Origin: an uncultured Phycisphaerales bacterium
GTDB lineage: Bacteria > Planctomycetota > Phycisphaerae > Sedimentisphaerales > Anaerobacaceae
Reading direction: 5' to 3'
DNA: 64,000 nucleotides
NCBI GenBank assembly: GCA_963772725.1
Contig: CAVYYI010000005.1
Coordinates: 239,229-303,228 of the forward strand
Shown here: one piece after another, positions 31,931-41,962 of the stretch
Layout of the letters: every line of letters begins with the position of its first letter
Numbering within the stretch: position 1 is the first letter of the stretch
The notes under the pieces: generated by a model
What the model was told of the DNA's origin: nothing
The model's input: only the letters and a program-made list of their open reading frames with translations
Databases searched by the model: none
Position numbers and translations under genes: made by a program

Positions 31931-33897
31931 ATGATAAGAGCAAATACAAGTTTAAGCGTAGAAGAAATACTCGCACCGGCGGGCCCAATAGCGAAAAAGT
32001 TCCCGGGTTTTGAATCCCGACCTGAGCAAATCAAGATGGCACAGGCGGTTCAGCTTGCGATGAGTAAAGGCAGACGCCTCGCCGCTGAGGCAGGCACCGG
32101 TGTGGGCAAAAGTTTCGCGTATCTCGTCCCGGCTATCGACGCGGTCAGCCAAAAAGCTGGCAAAGTTCTAATCAGCACTTATACAATCACCCTTCAGGAA
32201 CAGCTAATCAATAAAGACATTCCGTTTCTGGCCGGCTGTCTGAGCAACACCTTTTCCGCCGTCCTCGCGAAAGGCCGCAGCAATTACCTTTGCCGGCGCC
32301 GACTGCGATTTGCCCTAACAAAAGGCCGGGCGATGTTCACGCAGTTGTATGACGAACTCGAAGAGATGAGCCGCTGGGCCGAGCAAACCAACGACGGCTC
32401 ATTAAGCGATATACCCTTCACCCCAAGCCCCCAGGCCTGGGACGCCGTCTGCAGCGAACACGGCAACTGTCCCGGCAGAAAGTGCGGCAACTTCCAGGAT
32501 TGCTTCTACCGCCGCGCAAGAAGAAGACTCGACAACGCCGACATTATCGTCGCCAATCACGCCCTTATGTTCAGCGACCTCGTCCTCAAGGAAGCCGACT
32601 TCGACCTGCTCCCAGAATACCACTACGTCATCATCGACGAGGCCCACAATATCGAGCACGTCGCCGAAGACCAGTTCGGCATCGACTTGAGTGACCGCAA
32701 AATCAAATACACCCTCAACAGCCTCTACAACCCCGCAACGCACAAAGGCCTGCTCGCCTTCAAAGATAACGCCGACAACGCCATCGAAATCGCCCGCAGA
32801 ATATCCAAAGACAGCCGCACCTTCTTCGACAACGTCCGCAAATGGTACGAATCGAACCGCGACGACACCGGTGGCCGATGCTACAAAAACTTCATCAACG
32901 ACAACCTCTCATCGTCCCTCAAGCAGCTCACCAGCGAATTGAACGGCATGTCCAACCGCATCGAGGACGTCGATGAAAAATTCGAAATCATCAGATACGT
33001 CAACAACTGCGCCGGCATCGCCAAAGACTTAAAAGACTTTTTACATCAAGAAAAAACCGATTGCGTTTACTGGATTGAGGCCGGCTCAAAAATCAAATCC
33101 GCCGTCCGCCTCAAAAGCGCACCCCTCAACGTCGGCCCCGATGTCAAAAAATACCTCTTCGATAAATTTGAGTCCGTCATAATGACCTCCGCCACTCTCA
33201 GCAGCGACGGCGCCGACGTTAAATCCGGCTTCGACTTCTTCGCCTCCAGAATCAGCCTGGAGAATTTCGACGCCGTCAAACTCGGCTCGCCATTCGATTA
33301 CGAAAATCAGGTCACTCTCTATATCGAAAAGGCTTTGCCCGACCCCAACGAGCCCAACTTCACCAACGCCGCCGCGCAGACTATAAAAAAATATCTCCTC
33401 CAAACACAGGGCCACGCCTTCGTCCTTTTCACCAGCTATGAAATGCTCGACTCCATCGCCGCACAAATGACCGGCTGGCTTCTCGAAAACGGCATCGAAC
33501 TTTTACAGCAGGGCACCGGCATCGACCGAGCGCACTGCTCAAACATTTCAAATCCGCCGACAAAGCCGCCCTCTTCGGCACCGACAGTTTCTGGCAGGGC
33601 GTCGACGTCCCCGGCGAAGCACTCTCCAACGTCATAATCGTCCGCCTGCCCTTCGCCGTCCCCAACCAGCCGCTGCTTGCAGGCCGCATCGAACAAATCA
33701 AAGAACAGGGCGGCAACCCATTCTTCGATTACCAGCTGCCGTCAGCCATCATAAAATTCAAACAGGGTTTTGGCCGACTCATTCGCTGCAAAACCGACAC
33801 CGGCATCGTCGTCGTACTCGACAACAGAATCATAAACAAACCCTACGGCCGCCGCTTCCTCTCAGCTATCCCAAAATGTAAAACCCAAATCGTCTGA
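31931..33897 (+). CDS. DinG/YoaA family helicase (frameshift near 33530)
   Basis: EAGTGVGKS, KGRSNYLC, DEAH, SAT, SPFDY, LFTSY; the shifted frame gives SFWQGVDVPG, RLPF, QGFGRLIR to TGA 33895-33897. Confidence 0.93.
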
Positions 33898-33935
33898 CAC
33901 TCCGCTGTTTTTTTGGGGGGGGGGTAAAAGCGAAA

Positions 33936-34009
33936 TGCGCCCGAAGGGATTCGAACCCCTGACCTACGGATTAGAAATCCGTTGCTCTATCCAGCTGAGC
34001 TACGGGCGC
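33936..34009 (-). tRNA. tRNA-Arg(TCT), no encoded CCA
   Basis: GCGCCCGTAGCTCAGCTGGATAGAGCA-ACGGA TTTCTAA TCCGT-AGGTCAGGGGTTCGAATCCCTTCGGGCGCA. Confidence 0.95.
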
Positions 34010-34072
34010 AACAACTTATAAATAAGAGACTTATAAAAATAAAAATTTTTGCAATTATTTACAAATACAACC

Positions 34073-34101
34073 TTGACTACAACCAAATCGTAGTTTACAC
34101 T
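34073..34101 (+). promoter_or_regulatory. Integrase promoter TTGACT-17-TACACT overlapped by an ACTAC-N9-GTAGT inverted repeat
   Basis: Read directly upstream of ATG 34145. Confidence 0.5.
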
Positions 34102-34144
34102 ATAATTATGTTTAACGGTCTCGTTATAGTTAAGGAACTTAATC

Positions 34145-35305
34145 ATGTTAGAATCAAAACCTAAAAGAAAAACACGTTCAGATAAATTCCCGCTTACTTT
34201 ACATAAAACAGGCCAATTTTGCAAGAAAATTAGAGGCAGGTTGTACTACTTTGGTAAGTATAAGCAAAAAGCATTGGAACTCTATCTTGAGCAAACTTCT
34301 TATTTGCATCTCGACAAAACAAATGGAGTGAAAAACAAGGGTAAAGATATATCTTTAAAAACATTGAGCAATCTCTATTTAGATTACCAACATCATCAAG
34401 CCCAAAGTGGAGAGATAACTTGGCGACATGTTTACGACCAGACCGCACTTTTACGGAGTTTTGCCAGATATATTGGTTCTAACCGGATGGTGCCAGATAT
34501 AACAACATCAGATCTACAAAACTATTATAAAAAACTTGTCATCTCAGGTAAAGCTGCCAGAACCATCAATAATCGTATGACAGCTGTAAAGAGTATGTTC
34601 AACTGGGCAGTAAACAATGAGGTTATTGAAAAAATTCCGAACCTAAAGGTCATTAAAAAGCTTACCCCCTCAAAAGCCGAGAAGCCAATATTTAATATCC
34701 AGCAGATTCAAAAAATGCTCGAACATGCAAGTCCGCAGATGAAAGCTATGATATTATTGGGATTGAATTGTGGATTTGGCTGTACTGATTGTGCTGAGTT
34801 GCAGTGGAGCCATATCCATTTTGAAAATTCAAGGATTATTTTCCCAAGAGGAAAAACAGGCATACTGCGTAATCTTAGCCTTTGGCCTGAAACTATAGCA
34901 TTATTAAATGCGATACCTAATAAAGGGGAACATGTGTTCTACACGACTAAGGGTAATCTGCGGGTACGAATCATAAAAAGCACCGGCAAAGATGGCAGGG
35001 AAAAATTCACAAGTGAGGATACTATCAGCAAAGATTTCGCTAAACTCCTTAAAAAAGCCGGTATCAAAACTGAAAAAGGCGTTGGTTTTTATACATTGAG
35101 AAGAACAGCGGCGACGCTGGCGGCACACTCTGGGGATCCGTTTGCAGTTCAAAGATTATTGGGCCACGCTGATTTAAAAATGGCCTCTGTTTATGTCCAG
35201 GATGTTTCTGAGCAGACAGACAGAGTTGTAAATAATGTCAGGAATCTTATAATCCAAGATGGTTCTTTACCTTCGGCCAGTTCCGGTGAGAATGTGAACG
35301 AATAG
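34145..35305 (+). CDS. Tyrosine recombinase/integrase
   Basis: Arm-binding-like N-terminus (KKIRGRLYYFG), core-binding region, RGKTG, YTLRR, LLGH, VY. Confidence 0.92.
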   Translation: MLESKPKRKTRSDKFPLTLHKTGQFCKKIRGRLYYFGKYKQKALELYLEQTSYLHLDKTNGVKNKGKDISLKTLSNLYLDYQHHQAQSGEITWRHVYDQTALLRSFARYIGSNRMVPDITTSDLQNYYKKLVISGKAARTINNRMTAVKSMFNWAVNNEVIEKIPNLKVIKKLTPSKAEKPIFNIQQIQKMLEHASPQMKAMILLGLNCGFGCTDCAELQWSHIHFENSRIIFPRGKTGILRNLSLWPETIALLNAIPNKGEHVFYTTKGNLRVRIIKSTGKDGREKFTSEDTISKDFAKLLKKAGIKTEKGVGFYTLRRTAATLAAHSGDPFAVQRLLGHADLKMASVYVQDVSEQTDRVVNNVRNLIIQDGSLPSASSGENVNE

Positions 35306-35666
35306 GTTCTTTGGACAGAGGTTTTACTTCTTTAGCCTCGATGAACTTCTGAAGACTTTGTCTTTTTATACGGTAATGCCCTTTTTTGGCAAATTTACCT
35401 TTGTTTTCAACAACATTAATAGCCTCAATTTCGCCGTTACGAATAAGGCGATATATAACGGTTTTTGAAATCTTGAGCTCTGTTGCAATATCGTCAACAG
35501 TCAGCCAATCGGATTGGGTTTTGCGAACATTTTGGAGCATCTCAAAGAATTTCTCCATGTGGTTGAGCAAATCCCGGCATACAGCACAACTTTCGTTGTC
35601 TGATGTACTACGAATATCCGAATTTTCTGATTCTTGACGTATCACAACAGAGCCCAAATTAATCAA
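35247..35666 (-). CDS. Excisionase-like helix-turn-helix protein (5' end uncertain, abuts IS5)
   Basis: WLTVDDIATELKISKTVIYRLIRNGEIEA...YRI; convergent with and overlapping the integrase by 59 bp. Confidence 0.8.
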   Translation of the reverse strand: MINLGSVVIRQESENSDIRSTSDNESCAVCRDLLNHMEKFFEMLQNVRKTQSDWLTVDDIATELKISKTVIYRLIRNGEIEAINVVENKGKFAKKGHYRIKRQSLQKFIEAKEVKPLSKEPIRSHSHRNWPKVKNHLGL

Positions 35667-35671
35667 TATTT

Positions 35672-37160
35672 AGTCGTCCCTGAAAAATAATTTAACTTTT
35701 TTGTATATAAAGGCTTGCAATTTAAAAATCTGGCGCTAAATTGCAGGGAAATGATATTTATTATTAATTTCCTTGCAAAACATGGAGGTTTTTATGCAGC
35801 CTAAACAACAAAGCAATTCCCAGTCAATGTTATTCACCTCGAAGCTGGAGCAGATACTAAACGAGCAGCATCCTTTATATAAACTGGCAAATATCATCAT
35901 CTGGTCAGAGTTTGATGCCGCCTTCGGTAAACTCTATGATCCGGGCTTCGGCAGACCAGCCAAACCCACCCGCCTTATGGCAGGACTTCATTATCTCAAA
36001 AGCGCATATAATCTCAGCGATGAGTCTGTAGTTGAGAGATGGATAGAGAATCCTTACTGGCAGTATTTTTGCGGAGAGCAATATTTTCAGCATGAATTTC
36101 CGATTGACCCAACCAGTATGACCAAATGGCGTAACCGGATTAAGGACGCTGGTATGGAAAAGCTGCTTGAGCAGACCATAAGCGCAGGCCTTAAAACCGG
36201 CACAGTTAAACCGCATCAGTTAAAAAAGATAGTAGTCGATACAACGGTGCAGGAAAAGGCGACAGCCTTTCCGACCGATGCACGTCTTTATCATAAGATG
36301 AGAATAAAGCTTGTTAAAAAGGCACAGGATAATGACATAGAACTTAGGCAGAGTTATCAGAGGGTAGCCAAAAGGGCTTTTGTTATGCAGCACAGATTTT
36401 CACACGCCAGGCAGTTCAAAAAAGCGGATAAGCAATTAAGGAAACTAAAGACCTGTCTGGGAAGAGTTACAAGGGATATAGAGCGTAAGATATTGCAGAA
36501 GCCTCAATTGCAGCAGGAGTTTTCAGAATTGCTCGATATGTCCAGGATGTTATTATCACAGAAACGGGACAGCAGTAACAAGCTATACAGTATTCACGCG
36601 CCGGAGGTTAACTGCATAAGCAAGGGCAAGGCACACAAGAAGTATGAGTTTGGCTGTAAGGTGGCACTGGCGTCTCCCGCTCAAAACGCCTTTGTAGTCG
36701 CAGCGGTTGCTTTTGAAGGGAATCCATATGATGGACATACGTTAAAAGATACACTCTCCCAGACGATGAAACTGCTGGATAAAAAAGGTTTTGAAGATGT
36801 TTATGTTGATGACGGGTACAAAGGTCATGGCTGTGGAGATATTGCGGAGGTTCATATCGTCAAAAGGGGCTGGCGAAAGCTGCCGAGAAGTATTCGAAAG
36901 TGGTACAGCAGGCGAAGTATGATTGAGCCTGTGATAGGACATTGTAAATCTGATAACGGTCTGGACAGAAACTACCTCAAGGGCGTCGAAGGCGATAAGG
37001 TTAATGCGATATTGAGCGCTTGCGGGTTTAATATCCGCAAGTTGCTGCGGAAAATTATTTTTTGGCTTTGCCGGTTTATTCAAAATTTGGGGCTGTCGGC
37101 AGAATTTGCCCAGCTTACATATGCCGCCTGAAACTGAAATCTACTTTTTCAGGGACGACT
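35672..37160 (+). mobile_element. IS5-family insertion sequence
   Basis: Perfect 16-bp terminal inverted repeats AGTCGTCCCTGAAAAA and TTTTTCAGGGACGACT; no matching target duplication found. Confidence 0.9.
35794..37131 (+). CDS. IS5-family transposase
   Basis: ENPYWQYFCGE, VDTTVQEK, KGKAHKKYEFG, VDDGYKG, RSMIEPVIGHCK. GGAGG SD. Confidence 0.95.
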   Translation: MQPKQQSNSQSMLFTSKLEQILNEQHPLYKLANIIIWSEFDAAFGKLYDPGFGRPAKPTRLMAGLHYLKSAYNLSDESVVERWIENPYWQYFCGEQYFQHEFPIDPTSMTKWRNRIKDAGMEKLLEQTISAGLKTGTVKPHQLKKIVVDTTVQEKATAFPTDARLYHKMRIKLVKKAQDNDIELRQSYQRVAKRAFVMQHRFSHARQFKKADKQLRKLKTCLGRVTRDIERKILQKPQLQQEFSELLDMSRMLLSQKRDSSNKLYSIHAPEVNCISKGKAHKKYEFGCKVALASPAQNAFVVAAVAFEGNPYDGHTLKDTLSQTMKLLDKKGFEDVYVDDGYKGHGCGDIAEVHIVKRGWRKLPRSIRKWYSRRSMIEPVIGHCKSDNGLDRNYLKGVEGDKVNAILSACGFNIRKLLRKIIFWLCRFIQNLGLSAEFAQLTYAA

Positions 37161-37180
37161 CTTTAATATTCCACCGCAAT

Positions 37181-37269
37181 TCTACGGGTTTCAACCCGTA
37201 GATGAAGTCATCCGACAAAGTCGGACGGGCGTAGCCAGAAACGGTAATGCCACGGGTTTTAACCCGTGG
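37181..37269. repeat. REP-like palindrome cluster
   Basis: TCTACGGGTT-TC-AACCCGTAGA (37181-37202), TCCGAC-AAA-GTCGGA (37211-37225), CCACGGGTT-TT-AACCCGTGG (37250-37269). Confidence 0.75.
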
Positions 37270-37329
37270 TTCTTTACTGTGCACGATTGATGTTCGTCTG
37301 ATTGGGGATGTTTTGTTTTGAAACGTGAA

Positions 37330-38341
37330 AACCTGAACTTTGGATAAGGATACAAGAAAAACGGCCAACCTGCCGATGGAAATAATAGTTTTGTAAATAT
37401 TATTAACCAAGCAGGCAAGGAGGCCGTATGACAGCGGATTTTACCACATTATTTGTGAATGTCGATGATTGTTGGAAAGCTTTTGAAAAAATGTATGTAA
37501 AGCACCTCATAGAAGATGGAACACGTAAACGCAACAGGCAAGGCAACTTAAGTACCAGCGAGATCATGACTATTCTTATTGCCTTCCAAACCAGCGGCTA
37601 TCGCACTTTCAAGGATTTCTATCACTACCTTCTTGCCCATCACCGCCATGATTTTCCCGATATGGTCAGCTACGACCGCTTTGTTTATCTGATACCAAGG
37701 GCAATAATCCCGCTGCTTGTATATTTGCAAACCGATGGCATGGATGAGCCCACGGGTATTTCTTTTATTGACAGCACCGCACTTAAAGTCTGTCATAATA
37801 AACGCATCAGCCGCAACCGTGTTTTCGACGGGCTTGCTCAAATAGGTAAAACAACGATGGGCTGGTTTTTTGGCTTTAAATTGCATCTGATCATTAATGA
37901 CCGCGGCGGTTTATTGGGCTGCCGCCTGACAGCAGGTAATGTCGATGATCGCAGCACGGTGGAGACAATGGCCGACGGCCTGTTCGGAAAGCTATTTGGC
38001 GACAAGGGTTACATCAGCCAGAGCCTGTTTGAAAAACTGTTGGCCAAGGGAATTAAGCTGGTAACCAATATGCGCGCAAATATGAAATGCCGTTTGATGG
38101 AGTTGGAGGATAAAATCCTGCTGCGAAAGCGTTCATTGATTGAAACGGTCAATGACACACTCAAAAATGTCTGTCAGATCGAACATTCACGTCACCGCAG
38201 CCCGATCAACTTTCTGGCACATTTGATAGCCGGCCTTATAGCCTATACGAGACTGCCGAAAAAGCCTTCGCTCAAAATCGAAAACGTCAGCTACCAGCCT
38301 AGAGAATTTCTTTGCATCACAGCTTAAACAAAGTTCAGGTT
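37330..38341 (+). mobile_element. IS982-family insertion sequence (copy 1)
   Basis: Terminal inverted repeats AACCTGAACTTTG and CAAAGTTCAGGTT; no 7-bp target duplication. Confidence 0.9.
37428..38327 (+). CDS. IS982-family transposase
   Basis: FIDST, GWFFGFKLHL, GDKGYIS, RSLIETVND.LK, EHSRHRS. Confidence 0.95.
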   Translation: MTADFTTLFVNVDDCWKAFEKMYVKHLIEDGTRKRNRQGNLSTSEIMTILIAFQTSGYRTFKDFYHYLLAHHRHDFPDMVSYDRFVYLIPRAIIPLLVYLQTDGMDEPTGISFIDSTALKVCHNKRISRNRVFDGLAQIGKTTMGWFFGFKLHLIINDRGGLLGCRLTAGNVDDRSTVETMADGLFGKLFGDKGYISQSLFEKLLAKGIKLVTNMRANMKCRLMELEDKILLRKRSLIETVNDTLKNVCQIEHSRHRSPINFLAHLIAGLIAYTRLPKKPSLKIENVSYQPREFLCITA

Positions 38342-38350
38342 GAAAATTTT

Positions 38351-38782
38351 TTACAACTTAATCACGCCCTTTTTGAGAATGATGTTGGCATAAAGCGCCG
38401 CTTCGCTTGTTGCGATTACTGCGTAAGCCTTCTTGGCCCTGTCGTAAAAGGCGAACCTCTCGACAAATTCAAAATCGGAAAATTTTTCGCCGCTGCTCTT
38501 AATAACCTTTCGATACTCTTCCCAGATTGTCGGCTTGGTCTTATCGCCCGGCACAACCGCCATCAACGCCGCCGCCTTTTCAACATAAATATCCAGCGGA
38601 AACAGTTTCAATATCGCCTCAAGAATCGGTGGAACATCATGCGCGTCGCAGCGGATAAGCCTCTGCGCGATAGACGCCGCCGGAAAATTCCCGTCCGCGA
38701 TAACCAGTTCGTCGCCGTGTCCCATCTCCATCAGAACCTTCAGCAGCTCCGGCGACAATATATTCGGAATACCCTTTAGCAT
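38351..38782 (-). CDS. fucU: L-fucose mutarotase (RbsD/FucU family)
   Basis: MLKGIP..LSPELLKVLMEMGHGDELVIADGNFP, ERFAFY, YANIILKKGV. Confidence 0.92.
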   Translation of the reverse strand: MLKGIPNILSPELLKVLMEMGHGDELVIADGNFPAASIAQRLIRCDAHDVPPILEAILKLFPLDIYVEKAAALMAVVPGDKTKPTIWEEYRKVIKSSGEKFSDFEFVERFAFYDRAKKAYAVIATSEAALYANIILKKGVIKL

Positions 38783-39001
38783 TTTATTTCCTTTCTAATC
38801 TGACATTTCCCATATTAAACACTTGGCTCCGTAACCAAGCCTTCCCATTCGACGATAATATCAAAATTTTCATCGGATTATCGGCGTCCAAATCTTCAAA
38901 TCACCAGCAATTGCACAGACGGTATGGCCTGTGCATTAATCAAAACAATCAATACTAATGCCGTTAGGAAACACATTTCTTGTTTTTCTGATAACATCGT
39001 T

Positions 39002-41428
39002 CTATTTCTGTACTTCAAGTTTATCATTCAGCTCATAGCTTTTACCCGACTCAGACTTAAATTCGATTACACTTTCGCCATACTGAACTTTACACGGGCC
39101 TCCAACAGTTGACTTAATTTGGGCTTTAAAAAGCTTGCCGTTTTTCCAGTACATATCCACCTCAAAGCCGCCTCTGGCACGCAGACCTTTGACATATCCG
39201 GCGGACCATTGTTTTGGAAGAGCTGGCAGTAAAAGGATTTCACCTGTGTGGCTTTGCAGGAGCATCTCAGCGATGCCGGCTGTACCACCGAAATTGCCGT
39301 CTATCTGGAAAACACCCGTATAGCTGCCACTCGGTGCGGTGGAAGAAACATTTCCGCCGAAGTTTCCATCAATTTGGAGACCCGGGCAATTATCCATCAG
39401 GTTGGAAAAGGTACAACGATTGAGCAAAGCCATAAGCACATTGTGGCAATTAGAGCCGTCACCAAGGCGTGCCCAGAGATTGGTGTTCCAGGCCAGACTC
39501 CAGCCACAATTACCAATGTCCTGAGAAGTACCACCTTTGGATGAAGGGACATTTTTAAACCGATATTCCAGTGATTTACGGGCGGCATCAGCCAATTGCG
39601 GTGTTTTCTCCGATGTTATTTGTCTGCCGGGATGCAGAGCAAAAAGGTGAGATAGATGCCTGTGCCATGGTTCTGTTTCCTTGAATTCCTCGTCCCATTC
39701 AAGTAGTCGACCATCGGAACCTATTTGCGGCCCGGCAAGACGCTCGCGGGCAGATTTTACCTCTTTTACAAAATTATCTTCGACACCGAGAACTGTCGCA
39801 GCCTCCAGAGTATTGGTAAACAAATCCCAGATAATCTGCTGGTCCATAGCTGGCCCCATTGATAAACCAGCTTTTGTGTTGGTGCCGGGTATAAAGAACT
39901 GATTCTCGGGTGAAATCGACGGGCCGCTGACGAGTTTGCCGGTCTTTGGATTTTCAACAAGCCAGTCGAGGTAAAACTCAGCGGCTTCTTTCATTACAGG
40001 ATAGGCTCGCTTTTTGAGAAATTCCTTATCACCGGTAAACTGATAATGCTCCCAGAAGTCCTGACAGAGCCATCCTGCTGAAGGAGGCCAGATATCCAGG
40101 CCTTTGAGAGTACTTGTAAATAATGCCGGCGTCGTTCTGTGCGATGTAAAGAAGCCGCGGCAATTATAGACATTCCTTGCCGTTTTACGGCCGTTTACAC
40201 GGAGCTTTTCAAGTAAATCAAAGTACGGTTCATGACATTCCGAGAGGTTACAAACCTCTGCAGGCCAGTAGTTCATCTGGAAGTTAATATCGCAATGAAA
40301 ACCGCAAAACCACGGTGGTTTAATTTCGGCATTCCATATTCCCTGAAGGTTCGCAGGCAGACCGCCCGGACGTGACGAACTTATAAGCAGATACCTGCCA
40401 TACTGGAAATACAATGCCGCAAGGGCTTCATCCCCATCGCCTTTTTGGGCCAATTCAAGACGCTTATCTGTCGGAAGACTAACAGCTTCTGTTTTCCCGA
40501 GATTAATATCAACCCGCCGGAACAGCTTCTGATAATCCTTTATATGGGCATCTCTTAGTTTATTAAATGATTTTTTTGTCGCAGCAGAAAGTTGTTTTTG
40601 ACAGGTTTTTGCGGGCTTATTGTTATTATAACTTGTTGATGCCGTCAGAAAAAGCGTAACTTCATCGGCATTTTCAACTATAAGACTGTTTCCGTTCTTG
40701 TTAATTTTACCTCCGCGGCAAATCGCTTTCAGATATGCCTCGAATTTTACTCCTTCTGTGGGTTTACCGCGGTCAACCTGCCCGCGCAGAACAATTGTAT
40801 TATCTGATATTACAATTGATTCAGCATCGGCAATTCGACTCAAACTGATGTCCGCAGAAATACGACCCGGCTTACTGCAGGTCAGATGAGTAACAATAAT
40901 CTGGCCGGGATAACTTGCAAAAACTTCACGGGTAAAATTCGCATCGCCGTCTGAATAACTTACCGTTGCAACAGCGGTATCGAGGTCGAGAGTCCTTCGA
41001 TAATTAGTTGTATTTCCGCTTGTCCTGAACTTTAGATAAATATCGCCGAGGGGTTGATAAAAATACATTGGCCGTTCACCCAGAAACTCCCTGTCAACGA
41101 GCTTTCGAGCCTCTGTATATTTGCCGTCAAAGAGAAGTTGTCTTGCCTGTGGAAGAAATTTATACGCGCCGACACGGTCGAAATCATTCTGGTCTCCGGA
41201 CCAGATGGTATTTTCATTCAATTGAAGATGCTCAGATTCGATACCGCCAAAAATCATTGCTCCGAGCCGGCCATTGCCAACAGGCAGTGCCTCTACCCAA
41301 TCTTTCGCCGGTTGACGATACCAAAGTTGCCATTCACCGGCGAAAGCCGACGATGGTAAAACTACCATCAAAATCAAAACAAGACACGACAACACTGACG
41401 ACATAATAGTTTTTGGTTTGTTCAACAT
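39002..41428 (-). CDS. GH95 alpha-L-fucosidase
   Basis: [59 protein letters not shown]. Confidence 0.95.
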   Translation of the reverse strand: MLNKPKTIMSSVLSCLVLILMVVLPSSAFAGEWQLWYRQPAKDWVEALPVGNGRLGAMIFGGIESEHLQLNENTIWSGDQNDFDRVGAYKFLPQARQLLFDGKYTEARKLVDREFLGERPMYFYQPLGDIYLKFRTSGNTTNYRRTLDLDTAVATVSYSDGDANFTREVFASYPGQIIVTHLTCSKPGRISADISLSRIADAESIVISDNTIVLRGQVDRGKPTEGVKFEAYLKAICRGGKINKNGNSLIVENADEVTLFLTASTSYNNNKPAKTCQKQLSAATKKSFNKLRDAHIKDYQKLFRRVDINLGKTEAVSLPTDKRLELAQKGDGDEALAALYFQYGRYLLISSSRPGGLPANLQGIWNAEIKPPWFCGFHCDINFQMNYWPAEVCNLSECHEPYFDLLEKLRVNGRKTARNVYNCRGFFTSHRTTPALFTSTLKGLDIWPPSAGWLCQDFWEHYQFTGDKEFLKKRAYPVMKEAAEFYLDWLVENPKTGKLVSGPSISPENQFFIPGTNTKAGLSMGPAMDQQIIWDLFTNTLEAATVLGVEDNFVKEVKSARERLAGPQIGSDGRLLEWDEEFKETEPWHRHLSHLFALHPGRQITSEKTPQLADAARKSLEYRFKNVPSSKGGTSQDIGNCGWSLAWNTNLWARLGDGSNCHNVLMALLNRCTFSNLMDNCPGLQIDGNFGGNVSSTAPSGSYTGVFQIDGNFGGTAGIAEMLLQSHTGEILLLPALPKQWSAGYVKGLRARGGFEVDMYWKNGKLFKAQIKSTVGGPCKVQYGESVIEFKSESGKSYELNDKLEVQK

Positions 41429-41452
41429 GTTTACAGGCTCCTTAAAAATATT

Positions 41453-41863
41453 TTATACCATATATTTCATTCCGCATTCCCTGGCGAATCGCCCCCGGGC
41501 ACCGGCGTCAAATTTGACTGGATTGAATTGTTTATAGTAGTTGTCGTAAACCGGATCTTCCGTGCGCTGCCGGGCATTATTCGGCTTACCAATGTCCCAA
41601 GGGCGGGCGGCATGGCGATCCCAGCCAATCTCGATTGCGCCGACAGAACACGGCCCCCAGTGAATAAACATTCCGAACTTAGCGTCGCGGAACCACTGCA
41701 TCCGCGCATCCCGCTGCTCTTTGGTCTCGCTAATCTGCGGCACATGCGACAGATCAGCCTGCTCAGCGGCATGCAATGAGGCAAGCGGTGGCAACAGCGG
41801 GATAGCAAGGGCGAGTTTCAACGGCAGCGATGCCGTTACGTTTGTTCTCGCTTTATTTTTCAT
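41453..41863 (-). pseudogene. N-terminal fragment of a GH29 fucosidase
   Basis: [17 protein letters not shown]...FNPVKFDA...GMKYMV* stops just before the expected KHH motif; the next gene starts 25 bp later. Confidence 0.8.
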
Positions 41864-41962
41864 CTTAATAACTCCATTATTATCGCTATTTTATTTAATA
41901 GTTACTCGTCGCCATAAACAGTGAAACGCTGCCGTTTACAAGCGAGATCTTGCACTTTTTCA

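Noticed and set aside
34145..35666. Prophage
   Set aside because: Only integrase and excisionase-like genes; no structural, replication or lysis genes follow.
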